DNA from: Octopus sinensis
Taxonomy: Eukaryota
Assembly (NCBI RefSeq): GCF_006345805.1
Contig: NC_043001.1
Span: 122,388,001-122,452,000 of the forward strand
Length of the DNA: 64,000 nt
Direction: 5' to 3'
Below the pieces are notes generated by a model, which made no database searches, was not told the origin of the DNA, and worked only from the letters and a program-made list of their open reading frames with translations. This document shows, in pieces, positions 48,159 through 60,445 of the stretch. The position numbers and the translations under genes are program-made. The stretch's first letter is position 1. Every line of letters starts with the position of its first letter.

Positions 48159-49074
48159 CTGCCACCTATTTTTATTGGGAATATACCGGTGCAATAAGTT
48201 TTTGTTGCATGTAAAGTGTTTTCAAGCAGGTATTTGCTAAGCGCCAACTCTACACTTCTGAGTTCATATGGACGATCGACAAGAAGCTCACTGCAAACTT
48301 GCAGGATATTATTCACTCCATTTTCACCCCTTGATGGTTGTATATATTTTGGCTAATAAAGTTTGACACATTTGATTTGTAAATCCTAAATTGTCCAAGG
48401 GCTGCAGAGAATAAATTAAGATAAACTATTATGAGCACTTTTGTATTTGTAAAGAGAGGATCTTTGTATACGCTTCTGCGATGTTTTTGTCAATTTAACT
48501 CTTGGTTTCTTTTCTTTTAGCGAATTTATAAAAAGTTTTTATGTTACTCAAATGATAAACAGACAGTGAAGTTTAATGTAAGTAAACATTTATGTTAGCA
48601 ATTAGTGGAAACATCATTTAATTTATTCTTTTGACATTTTCTGTCATTGAAGTGCAGCCATGCAGAATGTATTGACACTATACGCATACACAAACACTAA
48701 CATATGCTTGTTTGAATGTCTGTTTAAGTGGATGAGGCTGGGTGTGAAATTTCTGATATCGCTGACTGACTGCTGTAATTTCAACACAAGTGTATATGAA
48801 GTCTACGACAGCGGAAAATCAAACCCAAATGTATGCAACACAATATAACGACCTTTCATGATTAAAGTGCAAGCCACTTTAATTAGTAAAAACTTGAACA
48901 ATTTCCATTTACAACAAAAGACTAAATGAATTTCATATTCTCAATATCACAGCTGAATATATGACTATTACTACTATTTCTGCTACGCTTACGATTATGC
49001 CAGTTCGCTGCCTTAAAATATTAACAACAAACAACATCAAGAATCATTTCAATTTTTTTCCACGGGGACAGCTT

Positions 49075-49495
49075 AAGGGAGGTGGGGATGAGTCGATTAC
49101 ATCGACCCCAGTGTCCAACTTGTACTTATTTTATCGACCGCGAAAGGATGAAGGGCAAATTCGATCTCGCTGGAATTTGAACTCAGAACCTTGCGACGGG
49201 CGAAATATCGCTAAGCATTTCGTCCAGTGCGCTAACGATTCTGCCAGCTTGCCACCTTAACAGCAACAACAACAAAAATAATAATTTCAAACTTTGGCAC
49301 AAGGCAATCAATTTCTGGGAAGGTGTAAGTCGGTTGCATCGATTCCAGTGTTCAAATAGTACTTATCTTTTCGACCCCGAAAAGATGAAATACAAAGTCG
49401 ACTTCGGCAGAGTTTGAACTCAGAAAGTGAAGACAGACGAAAGGTCGCTAAGCATTTTGCCGGTGCGCTTACGATTCTGCCGCCATGCCACCTTC
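49075..49495 (-). mobile_element. Two diverged SINE family A copies
   Basis: Reverse complements of the family A core at ~49085-49258 and ~49325-49492. Confidence 0.75.
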
Positions 49496-49549
<54 letters not shown>

Positions 49550-49619
49550 GAGAAGAAGAAAAAGAAGACGAAGAAGAAGAAGAAAAAGAAGAAGAAGAAG
49601 AAGAAGAAGAATTAACACA

Positions 49620-49935
49620 CGCACTGGTTAAACAATTGATTAGTTAATGGATATGTAACCAATAGACTAACAATAAAGGAGTGGAATTCAACCAGTGCAC
49701 GTGTTAATTATACTGGCTTAATGACTCTCCCAAGACACCCCAATATATATTCCCTTCTCGAGATCTTTTCTTCTCCTATGTTTCCGACGAAGAGCTCCGC
49801 TCGAAACGTTAAACCCTCCTTCTTCCCTTCTTTCCTGAGCGTCCAATAATACTTTATTTGTTCCACGTCCTCACGTTGCTGTGTTTTTTGGGTTTTTTTT
49901 GTTTTCTTTTTTGTGTTTTCTTGTTTGGATTAACT
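49620..49935 (+). mobile_element. Penelope-like terminal-repeat fragment with degenerate minimal hammerhead
   Basis: GUUU CCGACGA A GAGC-UCC-GCUC GAAA CG UUA AAC at 49780-49814, then ~120 nt ending in (TA)n. Confidence 0.5.
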
Positions 49936-49964
49936 ATATATATATATATATATATATACATATA

Positions 49965-51196
49965 TTGGGTCATCCCGTAAATAATGCGGTTTTTTAATAC
50001 TTTTATTTTTCCACATTAAGATAAAGTTCTTTTTAATCCAAAATATACTCTCCTTCATTTTCTACAATGCTCTTCCAACCATCTGGATGACTTGCAAGGC
50101 ACCTCTTCCAAACTTCATTAGTCCGTGACGAAAAATACTCCTCCAGTACTCTTCTGACCTAGTCTATACAATTCATATTTTTTCCGTCTAAATTATTTTG
50201 AAGACTGCGGAATAAATGATAATCAGATTGGGCAATGTCTGGTGAATATGATAGGTGGGGCATCATTTTCCGATCAAACCGCTCAAGCCTTTGGAATGTC
50301 ATCCTCGATGTATGTGGCCGAGCATTATACTGATGGAAGAACACCTTTCGTCTTGAAACCGAAGATGGTCATTTTACTTCGAGCACTGACTTAAGCCGCT
50401 CAAACTGCTCGCAGTAGACCTCCTTTCATTTTGGTTTAAATGTTCAAAATGGACTAAACCTTTCACATCCCACCAAACAGATAGCAACACTTTACGTGAG
50501 TGAAGAGCTTTTATCTGGGGAGCCGGTGTTTCTCCTTCCCTTACCCACTATCTTCGGCGCTTGACATTTTTATAGAGAATCCATTTTCCGTTACCAGTCT
50601 CTGTTCGGTCCAAAAATGGCTCATTCGTGAGACATGACAGCAAAGAAGAGCACACATTCACTCTCTGTGCGCGATTAAACTCGGGAAATTTGTGAAGAAC
50701 CCATTGACCCAATTTGCTGGCTTTTCCGATGGCACGCAGGTGTCGATGAATGATTGAATGATCAAATCCAAGCTTCTCTGCTAGTTCAACAGTTACGATG
50801 GGATTTTTTCCACCATGATTTGCAGGACGTTCTCGTCGTGCTCTACACATCTTCCAGGACGAGGTTCGTCTTCTAGGCTGTAGTTTCCGGCTCGGAATTT
50901 CTGGAACCACCATTGACACTGTCTTACGCTTATTATCGGATCTCTATATATTCCTCTCACTTCCCTTTGTGTTGTTGTCTTTATTGAACTCATAAAGCAA
51001 AATATGCCGAATGTGCTCCTTTTAAAACCTAACCTTTAAAATCCAGCTGCACTCTTCAAAACTTGCACTAAGAATAAGGACAAAGTAAATTTACTATCTG
51101 TTTTTATGGCAAGTTGATGCAGGTAGTTTATTCCGTCCCGCTCCATCTTTTAGCTCATACAATTGAAAAAACCGCATTATTTATGGGATGATTTAA
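49965..51196 (-). mobile_element. Full-length dead mariner (DD34D family), ~1.23 kb
   Basis: TIRs ttgggtcatcccgtaaataatgcggtttttt / aaaaaaccgcattatttatgggatgatttaa, TA on the left; transposase fragments 50793..50993, 50548..50919 (WVLHK, TGNGKW) and 50159..50344 (HQYNARPH, YSPDIAQSDYHLF). Confidence 0.9.
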
Positions 51197-51204
51197 TGTA
51201 ATAA

Positions 51205-51237
<33 letters not shown>

Positions 51238-51272
51238 ATATAGATAGATAGATATAATATAGATAGGTAGAA

Positions 51273-51327
<55 letters not shown>

Positions 51328-51339
51328 TAGATAGATAGT

Positions 51340-51386
<47 letters not shown>

Positions 51387-51675
51387 CTTTTTATTGTAGC
51401 CACACAGGGCTAAACACAGAATAAAAATGGACGAAATACAATGTAGAATTTTTTCTTTTCGAGGTGGGATGGGTGGGGCACAAAAAAAAAACGTTTGATC
51501 AATAGGGATCTGTGGGTTGTGTGGTGTATAAAAAAGCAATATATATATATATATAAGGTTCACAGTTTAGGTGTAGCCTTGGAAAGAAAAACCTACAAAA
51601 AAGACCAAGGTCACCTCAGACAATTCGAAAAAGAACACATGAGTAAGTCGCCTTACTTCTCGTTGTCTCTTTTGG

Positions 51676-54600
51676 TTACAGATTTATGCTTAAAATAGTG
51701 TCGTCTTTCATACTGACCATTTTTGCCACTTTTACCCACTTTTTATTAAAACATTCGTTCGACAAAGCCTTCCTCTCTATTCTCATCCTCCTTTTCAAGT
51801 GGTACTTGAAAAAGTTGACGAGAGACTGACCAGAGAGGAAGGTGTTTGTTTGCAGTCCTTTCAAACGCGTCCACCACACACATTCTTTCGCCATAGCCAT
51901 CAGCGTAACGAAAATCGTTTTCCCTTCCCGTTTAAAGGAAGGTGGTGGAACAATATTCAGGATAGACTCGGCCGATAGGCGAGCCTGACCTACACGTGAC
52001 AACAGCTGTTCGACGAAGGACCACAGCTCTGAAATATCTAGACACTGCACGAGTGCGTGCAGAACGGTTTCGTCGCTCTGACCGCATCTCGGGCAGGTCG
52101 GTCCGGTGGTTTTCGAACCGTGTCTGTAGCTCTTCTCTCGAACAGGTAGTGTGTCTCGATAGCACTGCCAAGCCAGGGATTTCTGGAAGTTATCCATAGG
52201 CCTCGGCCCGAACGTCGTCCTGAACAGGCGGGTTAGGAATTCCTCGTCGACGCCCAGGTTTGCCCCGAGTGTGTCGTCGGACCTCCCCCCCACTAGTCCT
52301 CTATAGAACGCTTTAGTCGTTTGTAAGTTGCACAAGTTTGACCCCGGTCGGCAGAGCTGCTGAAACCATCGGAACGCCACCCTTCCACAGGAAGCGGAAG
52401 AGTATGCGTTCCAGTTTGGTGATGGTGGCATCGGGACAAGGTACGACGGTCAGGCGGTAATCGATGACGGATGCGATGTACGCGTTCGCCACCTCCGCCC
52501 GGCCTTTTAGAGACAACTTTCTCTCGGCCCATGTTTGGCTGAGAGCGACCACTCTACTCGTGATCTCGTCCCAGTTCTTATCCATTTGGAGGTCCGGACT
52601 GAACCAGACCCCGAGCAATTTAACCGGTCCGTCCGTCCAGCGTCCAACTACTGAGCCGCAGTCGGACGGCATGGGCTTGCTTCTCCAGGTGCCGAGTAGC
52701 AAACCCACTGACTTTTCCGGGTTAATCTTTGCTCCCGTCACCGTTTCATATTTTCTTAGTGTCTCGCCTATCATCTTGATGTGTTTCTCGCTCGACACTA
52801 TGACGGTGACATCGTCCGCATATGCCGACACGCTCGTCCCGCAACCCAGTTCCCGTGGGATGCCCCTCAGTGTCGCCAGCTTCCGCAGTAGCGGCTCGAG
52901 AGTCAATACATACAGAAGCGCCGACAGGAGACACCCCTGACGGACCAAACGCGTGATGTCAAACGGTTTCGACAGGTGACCGTTCACCCGAATCACCGAT
53001 CGGATGCCGCTATATAAGGCAGCAATCCAACCGCGGAAGACGGGACCGAAGCCAGCCGCCCTGAGGACGGCCGCTAAGTACCGATGGTCGACCCTATCGA
53101 AGGCTTTACACTGATCCAAATTTATCAGCGCCCCACCCATGCCAGGATCCTTAACTACCCTGTCCACAATGTAGCGCATCAGATGGAGGTTGTCATGTAT
53201 GGTTCTGCCCGGCACGGCGCATGTTTGCGCCCTGTCGACCAGTTTACCAATGACAAGCGCCAACCTCTCGGCTATTACTTTGGCCAAAATTTTCAAATCT
53301 GCGTTGAGCAGAGTGATGGGCCTGAAATTATCTATAAAATTCCCCTTGTTTGGGTCTTTCTTCAGCAACGTCACTGCACCTCGGCTCACAAAACCGGGGA
53401 TTCTCCCGTTTTGTTGCCAGTTGCAGTAGACTGATGCCAAGAGGTCGCCAAACAAGTCTGGCATTCGACAATACAGCTCGTAGGGTAAACCATCCAATCC
53501 AGGCGACTTATCCCTCGCGCAGCCCGCCATCGCATCCCACACGTCAGCGGCTGTGATGGGACTTTCACCACACTCCGCTTCTCTTGCCGAGAGCCGCGGC
53601 AGGTCGGTCAGGTAGGCACTGAAATCCATCCCGCGTTCCGACCCACCACTCGCACCAAACAGTCGAGCAAAGTGCTGTTGAAAGGCCTCACACATCCTTT
53701 CGGGTTCGAGTAAACTGCATCCCTGTTGATCTATTAGAGACCGAATGGTGGCTCTGTTGCCACGCTGCGCCTCCGCTACCCGGGCCTCTCGCGCAGCTTC
53801 AATCCCTTCGTTCCTTAAGGCACGTATTTTAGCTCTGACGACGCAACCTTCGTGCTTGGCGTTGAGGTGTTGGTCGAGGGCCATCCTCGCAGCCAGCACG
53901 TTGGTTGCGCTGCCAGTGGTAAGTGCCTCTTCTAGTTTCTTAACTAAGTCTCCCTCTACTCTATTTCGTTCTATCGCTAATTCCTTGCTAAACCTAATTG
54001 ATTCCGATTTTATTGCCATTTTCAGGGCGTACCACCAGCGGTTGTTAACGACCGCTCCGTCAGCGCCCTCTTAATTAACTCGCTAATCCGGTTCCTGTAA
54101 ACCTGTCGCGCTAAGAGCGACGTGTTCAGTTTCTAGTAACGGGACCCTGCCTATGTGTTTTATCTAAGTCGAGCGTACACGTAACAAATTTGTGATCTGT
54201 GTAGCTGACTATTTTAAATTGTGGACATCCTACACTATCCCTATCCGCTGTCCTGCATAGAATTCTATCTAGATAAGATCTCGACGATCCGACGCGGTTT
54301 GTCCAAGTCCACGTTGGCACGTTCGGATGGTCGAGTCGGAACCTGTCAGACAAATGGAAACGTCTGAGCAGGTCTTTGAGGCTCTTACACCCCCTTCTAT
54401 TCCTATCCCTTCCCACACAATCTAGATGCGTGTCCAAGGTAGCGTTCCAATCCCCTACTAACAGTAAAGGTCTAGACGTACCCAGGAATACCTCTAGACG
54501 TCTGAAGAAATCCGCCCGACCCGTTAAGGACGGTGCATAAACTGCCATCAGACGGAATGCACACCCATTTCTGCCATCCACGTCCAAGACAACCAGCCTA

Positions 54601-54881
54601 CCCTCCGGGTCTAGGAATATTGCTCTTACTTTTACCTTTAGACTCTTTCGAAAAAGCACCGCAGTACCTCCACCACCCATGTTCGGCAGACAGGGAGAAA
54701 AATAAATGTCAAATTGATTGCCAAACATGGACTCGAGGGCCCGCGGCTTACTGAGTCTGGTTTCACTGATAGCTACTATATCCACGTCCAGTGACTTGAT
54801 GTCGTTTAGAAGGTAACCTTGCTTCCAAGCCGACTCCAAGCCACGCGCATTCACACAACCTAATTTAAGCATACTTGACAT
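51676..54881 (-). pseudogene. LINE ORF2: APE endonuclease, RT, C-terminal Zn finger (frameshifted, internal deletion near 52350)
   Basis: VNARGL, AISET, AVYAP, LVGDWN, YLDRI, TDHK; KSPGLDGL, NFRPITLLNAD.K, KAFDRV, RQGC.LS, YADDVT; CPRCGQSDETVLHALVQC. Confidence 0.93.
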
Positions 54882-54938
54882 TTACGAAAATTGTGTTTTA
54901 CACACTATATTAGAAGAGACAAGAGGCAAGAAGGGAGG

Positions 54939-56213
54939 TCACTTACTCATTTTAAAAGTTTCATTTTTTTCTTCTTCTTCTTTTGTATTGTTTTTGATGA
55001 GTTGTTTGTATAGTTTTTTCGACAGGTATCGTTGATACCCGCCTACCGCATTCGGAAATAATGTTTTCAGTATGTGGTGTTGTGCTTGTGTTATGTGTAA
55101 AATCCTGATGTGTTTCGGTGGTGTGGTGTGCGGATGATTGTTTGTCTTAAAGTCATCTTCACAGATGACCATGTTGGATTTGATGTAGTCCATTAATTCT
55201 TTATTGTCTGTGTCTATTGCTGTTAGTTGTGTGTGTGGTTTTACGGGTTCATTACTTTTTTGATTGTCTAGGGGGATGTCCTGAGTTAGATATCTCCCTG
55301 CTTTACTTCCTTGTTTGGTGGATTTTTTTAATCTTTTTCTTTTACCCCCTGTGGCTATTTGCCATTCCGTCGAACTTTCGTCGTCCGACGTATCAGTATG
55401 GGGTAGAGGCAAAGCATTTGCATTACTATGTATGCTTGTATAAATTGTTGATGTTTTGTGCGGTGTTTGTGTTGTTGTGGTGTTAGGGGTAGCATTTGTC
55501 TTCTCGTCACTGTTTTCTGTCTTTTTAATTGTCGTCCTGGGTGTGGGTGTTGGTCTATTTTTTTTTGTTGATTCAACATGTTTAATTGGTTGTGAAGTCA
55601 ACGGTGATTGTGTTGGTACTGTTTCTTTTCTTGGTGATGTTGTTGGGGTTTGTTCGTTGGTTTGTTGTTTTTCTTGGCATTGTTCTATAATTGAGTGTGT
55701 TGGTGTTGGTGTTGGCAACAAAGGGATTTTATTTGTTTTCTGATTTGTTCTTTCTTGTTTTTTCTGTACCAGATCGCACTTGGCAATTAAATGTTCGGGG
55801 CTGCCACATTTGTAGCATCTAGGCTTTTTGCCTTCTGCCACAACATATAAGCATTGCCCATTTTCCAAGTGGATCTTATCCGGTAGGCTCTCGATAGAGG
55901 CCCCCTCAATCTGTATCGTCACCACTATTGTCTTCCCACCCCAAATGTCGCTAGGGTACACGGTGGTCTCCAAAATGTTTATATTTTTTAAATGGTAACA
56001 GATTGCCCCTGTTATCCATTTGTTAGGAAGCTCAGGAGGTACATTTTTAATAGTGATTCGACTCACTCTCTGGTTTTTATAGTATGGGACCATGATGATT
56101 TCATCATTTCCCAGAGACTCAGTAGAGTGAGCTTTTGCTACTTCCTGGTTAGGGAAGCGGACCACTACTGTGTTAAACTGGGGACCCCAGTTTATATATT
56201 CTTTTTCTTTCAT
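54939..56213 (-). CDS. LINE ORF1 (gag-like nucleic-acid-binding protein), intact 424 aa
   Basis: Open frame with an RRM-like N-terminal region, CYKCGSPEHLIAKC zinc knuckle and Thr/Pro-rich linker. Confidence 0.85.
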   Translation of the reverse strand: MKEKEYINWGPQFNTVVVRFPNQEVAKAHSTESLGNDEIIMVPYYKNQRVSRITIKNVPPELPNKWITGAICYHLKNINILETTVYPSDIWGGKTIVVTIQIEGASIESLPDKIHLENGQCLYVVAEGKKPRCYKCGSPEHLIAKCDLVQKKQERTNQKTNKIPLLPTPTPTHSIIEQCQEKQQTNEQTPTTSPRKETVPTQSPLTSQPIKHVESTKKNRPTPTPRTTIKKTENSDEKTNATPNTTTTQTPHKTSTIYTSIHSNANALPLPHTDTSDDESSTEWQIATGGKRKRLKKSTKQGSKAGRYLTQDIPLDNQKSNEPVKPHTQLTAIDTDNKELMDYIKSNMVICEDDFKTNNHPHTTPPKHIRILHITQAQHHILKTLFPNAVGGYQRYLSKKLYKQLIKNNTKEEEEKNETFKMSK

Positions 56214-56647
56214 TATGCTTTTTAAACGTTTTTCTACATCAGTTTTTGTAATCTGTTCATTTAGTTTTTTGTTTTTCTAATAATTTTATTCATATTTGCA
56301 CTTAGCGCGCGTACGTTCTTTTTTTCTCCTAATGCTTCCAAACTAGGAAAATGCTGGTCAATAAAAGAACGCGACCAGCGTTCTACAATAAAATTTCTCG
56401 ACATTTTCTAATGTCAAGAAGAAAATTACAGAAATGAAATGGGGTTGAAACTGCCCCTATGGGCGAATTCCTCCCTTGGAAAAGCACTCAAACGAAAGTT
56501 GGGTGCCTTACACAACTTATTTACAAAAATGTACACAAAAATTGGGCTATAAATAGTCAAAATAAACGATTACCTTCGGAGTCGAAGTGACAGCACGTCC
56601 ATAGACAGAGAGATAGATAGATAGATAGATACACATACACATACAAG

Positions 56648-56719
<72 letters not shown>

Positions 56720-58429
56720 TTATATATTACGCAATGTAAATAAAATGTTTATATACACCCATATATGCATAACACCCATTAGTAAAAGTTATAATGAAAT
56801 ATATTTGATTCATCAGTTAATGACTATGAACTCATGAGAAACATTCCACATGTTAGATATCAACTTTCATCCAAGAAGTGTTGGTATATGAGTCATTGTA
56901 TACACGTCTGTTTTAGTTCACATTTGTAAAAAAAACAATGCTCAGGTACAACGAAAGTAGTTAAATATAAAATGAACGTGGTTAAACGGCAGGCTAGGCT
57001 GTAGGCTACCATCTCCCAATCTACTTTCGTTTTTGAAAACTTTCTTCGAATAATGCTTTACTTTTTATCATTGTTCGCTATAACATCTACGCGGTCGTTC
57101 GGTTTTCCGAGAATAACAGCTAAACATCGAATTGGAACTGTACTAATTAACAAAGATTCTGCTTCACAATAAATAATAAGTTGGGCGTATCTACGAGTAA
57201 GGGTATACAGAGGTACACAGAGGTACAAGAGGATCAGGTAGTAGCTGTTGTTCATTAACTGCAGATCAGCATAGGTTGAGCAGACTTATGATAAAAAAGG
57301 TGTCCTGGCTGAGGAAATACCCTCTGCTCTCATTAAATGCCTCCAGTCACAACATGCAGACTACTGCGACTCCGTGATACTAGGGTAATTAATCTACTGC
57401 TTTTCTAGTTCTACTACCAGTTGCGCAGATCGTCTCGGACAGCCGGGCACATTGATTTAGTATGCTTAAACAATTGAAGAAATTGCCATTTTATTATTAT
57501 ATTTTCAGAACAATGTATATTCTTCCATGTTTGGTTGACATTTGAAAAATAAAACTAAATATACATCATATATCTCATATCATATCTGATATGTATCACA
57601 CACACGCACACACACACACACCAGCCAAACCAGCTCATAATGGGGAAAATGCTTTGAAATTAAATCTGAAACAGGTTCCCGAAATACGCAGTTTTTTGGG
57701 TATCTTGAACTATTGGTGGCCCAACGGGTCACGGGTAGTCTAGTATAACATAAAGCCCTAGTCAAGTGCTGGTGGAAGCTTCCATATTCTTGTTATTCTT
57801 ATTAGATGTGAATGGAATATAAAAAGCAAAATGAGATGTGTATTTTTTTTCTTTTAAATCAACGAGTTTGAAGGAAATATTATGTTTATAGGAGATGATA
57901 AAAAAAGTCGTAACAACATTACCCTTCTACCGGAAAATAGATAATCTTAGAATCTTATCTGAAGACATTGTGTAGTAATATCAAATAAACAGAAATACTT
58001 CCGTTATCTTATTCCTGTTTTAACTTTTACAGATGTGCTATTCTCACAGCTAATGTGATATATATTTAGGTATATTGTAACAAACTATTTAATCAAGTTT
58101 TTTATTGAGGTAAGGAGTCGATTGATTTTATTTTCACTTAACAAAGAAATTGGGTTTCTGCTCATGGTCACAAAGGTAGTGCGATTATATTAATTCGTAT
58201 CGTTTGTGTTTTTTGCCCTTGAAAAAGACAGTAAAGACATATTACCAGTGGAAGATGCTTTCGAAGTTTCTGTTCCTCTTCTCTCCTCACTCATGCTGTA
58301 TGCAATCCTCAAAGGCCCCACGTAAATCGTTATAATTGCTCCTGTCTCTCTACTCTCTTCTCATATCTTTTTCTCAAATGTTAACTGGGAAATACATGAA
58401 AGAAAAGAGGAATAGAAATTGTATCAATC

Positions 58430-58809
58430 TCAGCTGCTCATGTGGTTCTATGGACGCAACGATCTCTGCACCTTCTTCTAGACACAAGTTACTCTCTTAT
58501 ACACACACGCGCCTTTGTGTTGGGGCTCCTTCGTGTTGGAAGTCATCTTGACCTTGTTATCTTCCCTACTTTCCTCTTCCCGTCTGACCATTCTGTCCGA
58601 GTCAGATGCCATGATAGATCGTTAGCCACTACACACATTTTTTTCTCTCCTTGTTTCTCTCCTTGTTTTTCTTTCTGTGTACCTTTCTGTAGAAGAGCGC
58701 AGGCTCGAAACGTAAGAGACTTTTTCTATTCCTGAGCGCTATACTAATACATCTGTTTGTTTGTACACCACCTGTATTCGTCTTATGGTTTTTTTGTAAA
58801 CTTTCCCTT

Positions 58810-58812
<3 letters not shown>
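58430..58812 (+). mobile_element. Penelope-like terminal-repeat fragment with degenerate minimal hammerhead
   Basis: CUUU CUGUAGA A GAGC-GCAG-GCUC GAAA CG UA AGAG at 58683-58718, then ~95 nt ending in (TA)n; same layout as 49780-49935. Confidence 0.5.
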
Positions 58813-58857
<45 letters not shown>

Positions 58858-58860
<3 letters not shown>

Positions 58861-59041
58861 GGTCCCGGGTTGATTCGGGGTTAACCACAGTAAATAAGGT
58901 ACTCAATACATAGCAGAGTAAAATAATTTATTATATAGAAGGAGCTTCTACAGGACTAGAACTGTTTCATTCAAGAGAAATCTTCAGGATGCTTCTTGAA
59001 TGAAACAGTTCTAGTCCTGTAGAAGCTCCTTCTATATAATA

Positions 59042-59042
<1 letters not shown>
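58858..59042. repeat. (TA)n-flanked element with a perfect 49-bp inverted repeat
   Basis: 58928-58976 is the exact reverse complement of 58994-59042; 17-nt spacer. Confidence 0.85.
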
Positions 59043-59100
<58 letters not shown>

Positions 59101-59131
59101 TAATATATATATATATACATATATATATACA

Positions 59132-59162
<31 letters not shown>

Positions 59163-59524
59163 CCATGACATATATATAAATACGTACTCACACACATGCA
59201 GATATACATTAACGGAGGGACTTGCTTTTGTCCTGGTCTCAACTATGTCAACGTTTTTTAACTAAATTGAAATGACTTATAATGTTTACATATTGTGCAT
59301 TTTTTTTTTTCACTTTTACTTTCATATATTATTACTGTAGATAAAGTTCTAGAGTTAATCCCCAGGTTTTTATGATGCGTGAAGCTTTTTAAACAGTGTG
59401 CACGTCTGTAATTTCTGGTAACGGCTACAGCGGAGCTTGTAGTTGTTGATCGTCTATAGTTATTGCTAATAGTGTGCATCCTAGCACATTGTCTCGCACA
59501 AGGGAGACTATCGATGTTGCATAT

Positions 59525-59760
59525 ATTTCTATTTCTTTATTACCCACAAAGGGCTAAACATAGAGGGGACAAACAAGGACAGACATAGGTATTAAGTCGA
59601 TTACATCGACCCCAGTGAGTAACTGATACTTAATTTATCGACCCCGAAAGGATGAAAGGCAAAGTCGACCTCGGCGGAATTTGAACTCAGAACGCAGCGG
59701 CGGACGAAATACCACAAAGCATTTCGCCCGGCGTGCTAACTATTCTGCCAGCTCGCCGCC
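59525..59760 (-). mobile_element. SINE family A, full length
   Basis: Reverse complement from ggcggcgagctggcag to the tgtgggtaataaagaaata tail. Confidence 0.9.
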
Positions 59761-60103
59761 TGAACTCTTTGTGCCTGTTTGGTCTCTGTTTGACAGATGG
59801 GGATTTTCATAGATGTGCACTGGAGCGTTGTATGTATGTCTGGCTGACTGAGGGTGATTATTCATATAGTTACAGAGACTATACAAGTTGAAATTTGCTG
59901 CAGAAATAACCTATGCATCTCACATGTCTAGGTGGTGTGAGATTTTCTCTAATTTTGTTTTATTGTATAGATGCTCTGTGATCGCGGCTTGTGCACGACC
60001 GTTGATGATGTATAATACCATTTTCTGTGTTCTTTGTAGTTTATTGAGATTTCTGTGGAGGGATTGGAAACACTAGTAGGACTGGTATAGTCCATGTTTT
60101 ATC

Positions 60104-60445
60104 ATAGGCGCAGGAGTGGCTGTGTGGTAAGTCGCTTGCTTACCAACCACATGTTCCCGGGTTCATTCCCACTGCGTGGCACCTTGGACAAGTGTCTTCT
60201 GCTATAGCCTTTATTTCACGTTGCTCCAGTTCACTCAGCTGTAGAAATGAGTTGTGACGTCACAGGTGCCAAGCTGTATCGGCCCCTTTGCCTTTCTCTT
60301 GGATAACATTGGTGGCGTGGAGAATGGAGACCTGTATGCATGGGCGACTGCTGGTCTTCCATAAACACCCTTGCCCGGACTTGTGCCTGGGAGGGTAACT
60401 TTCTAGGTGCAATCCCATGGTCAGTCATGACCGAAGGGAGTCTAA
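60104..60445 (+). mobile_element. Chimeric SINE: family B head joined to family C body at ~60210
   Basis: Head matches 18378-18475; from 60210 it matches 61318-61360 and the reverse complement of 63225-63430. Confidence 0.65.

Larger units (their letters stand above)
51385..56600 (-). mobile_element. Near full-length Tx1/L1-clade LINE inserted in (GATA)n
   Basis: 5' end GGACGTGCTG at 56600 next to (GATA)n; ORF1 and ORF2; 3' stem-loop plus AATAAA at ~51410-51388 next to (GATA)n. Confidence 0.9.

Noticed and set aside
58940-58993. Hammerhead on the minus strand (CUGAAGA...GAAAC)
   Set aside because: Stem II closes with U-U, and no stem III/stem I pairing with a valid UH site could be built; the 5' part is truncated.
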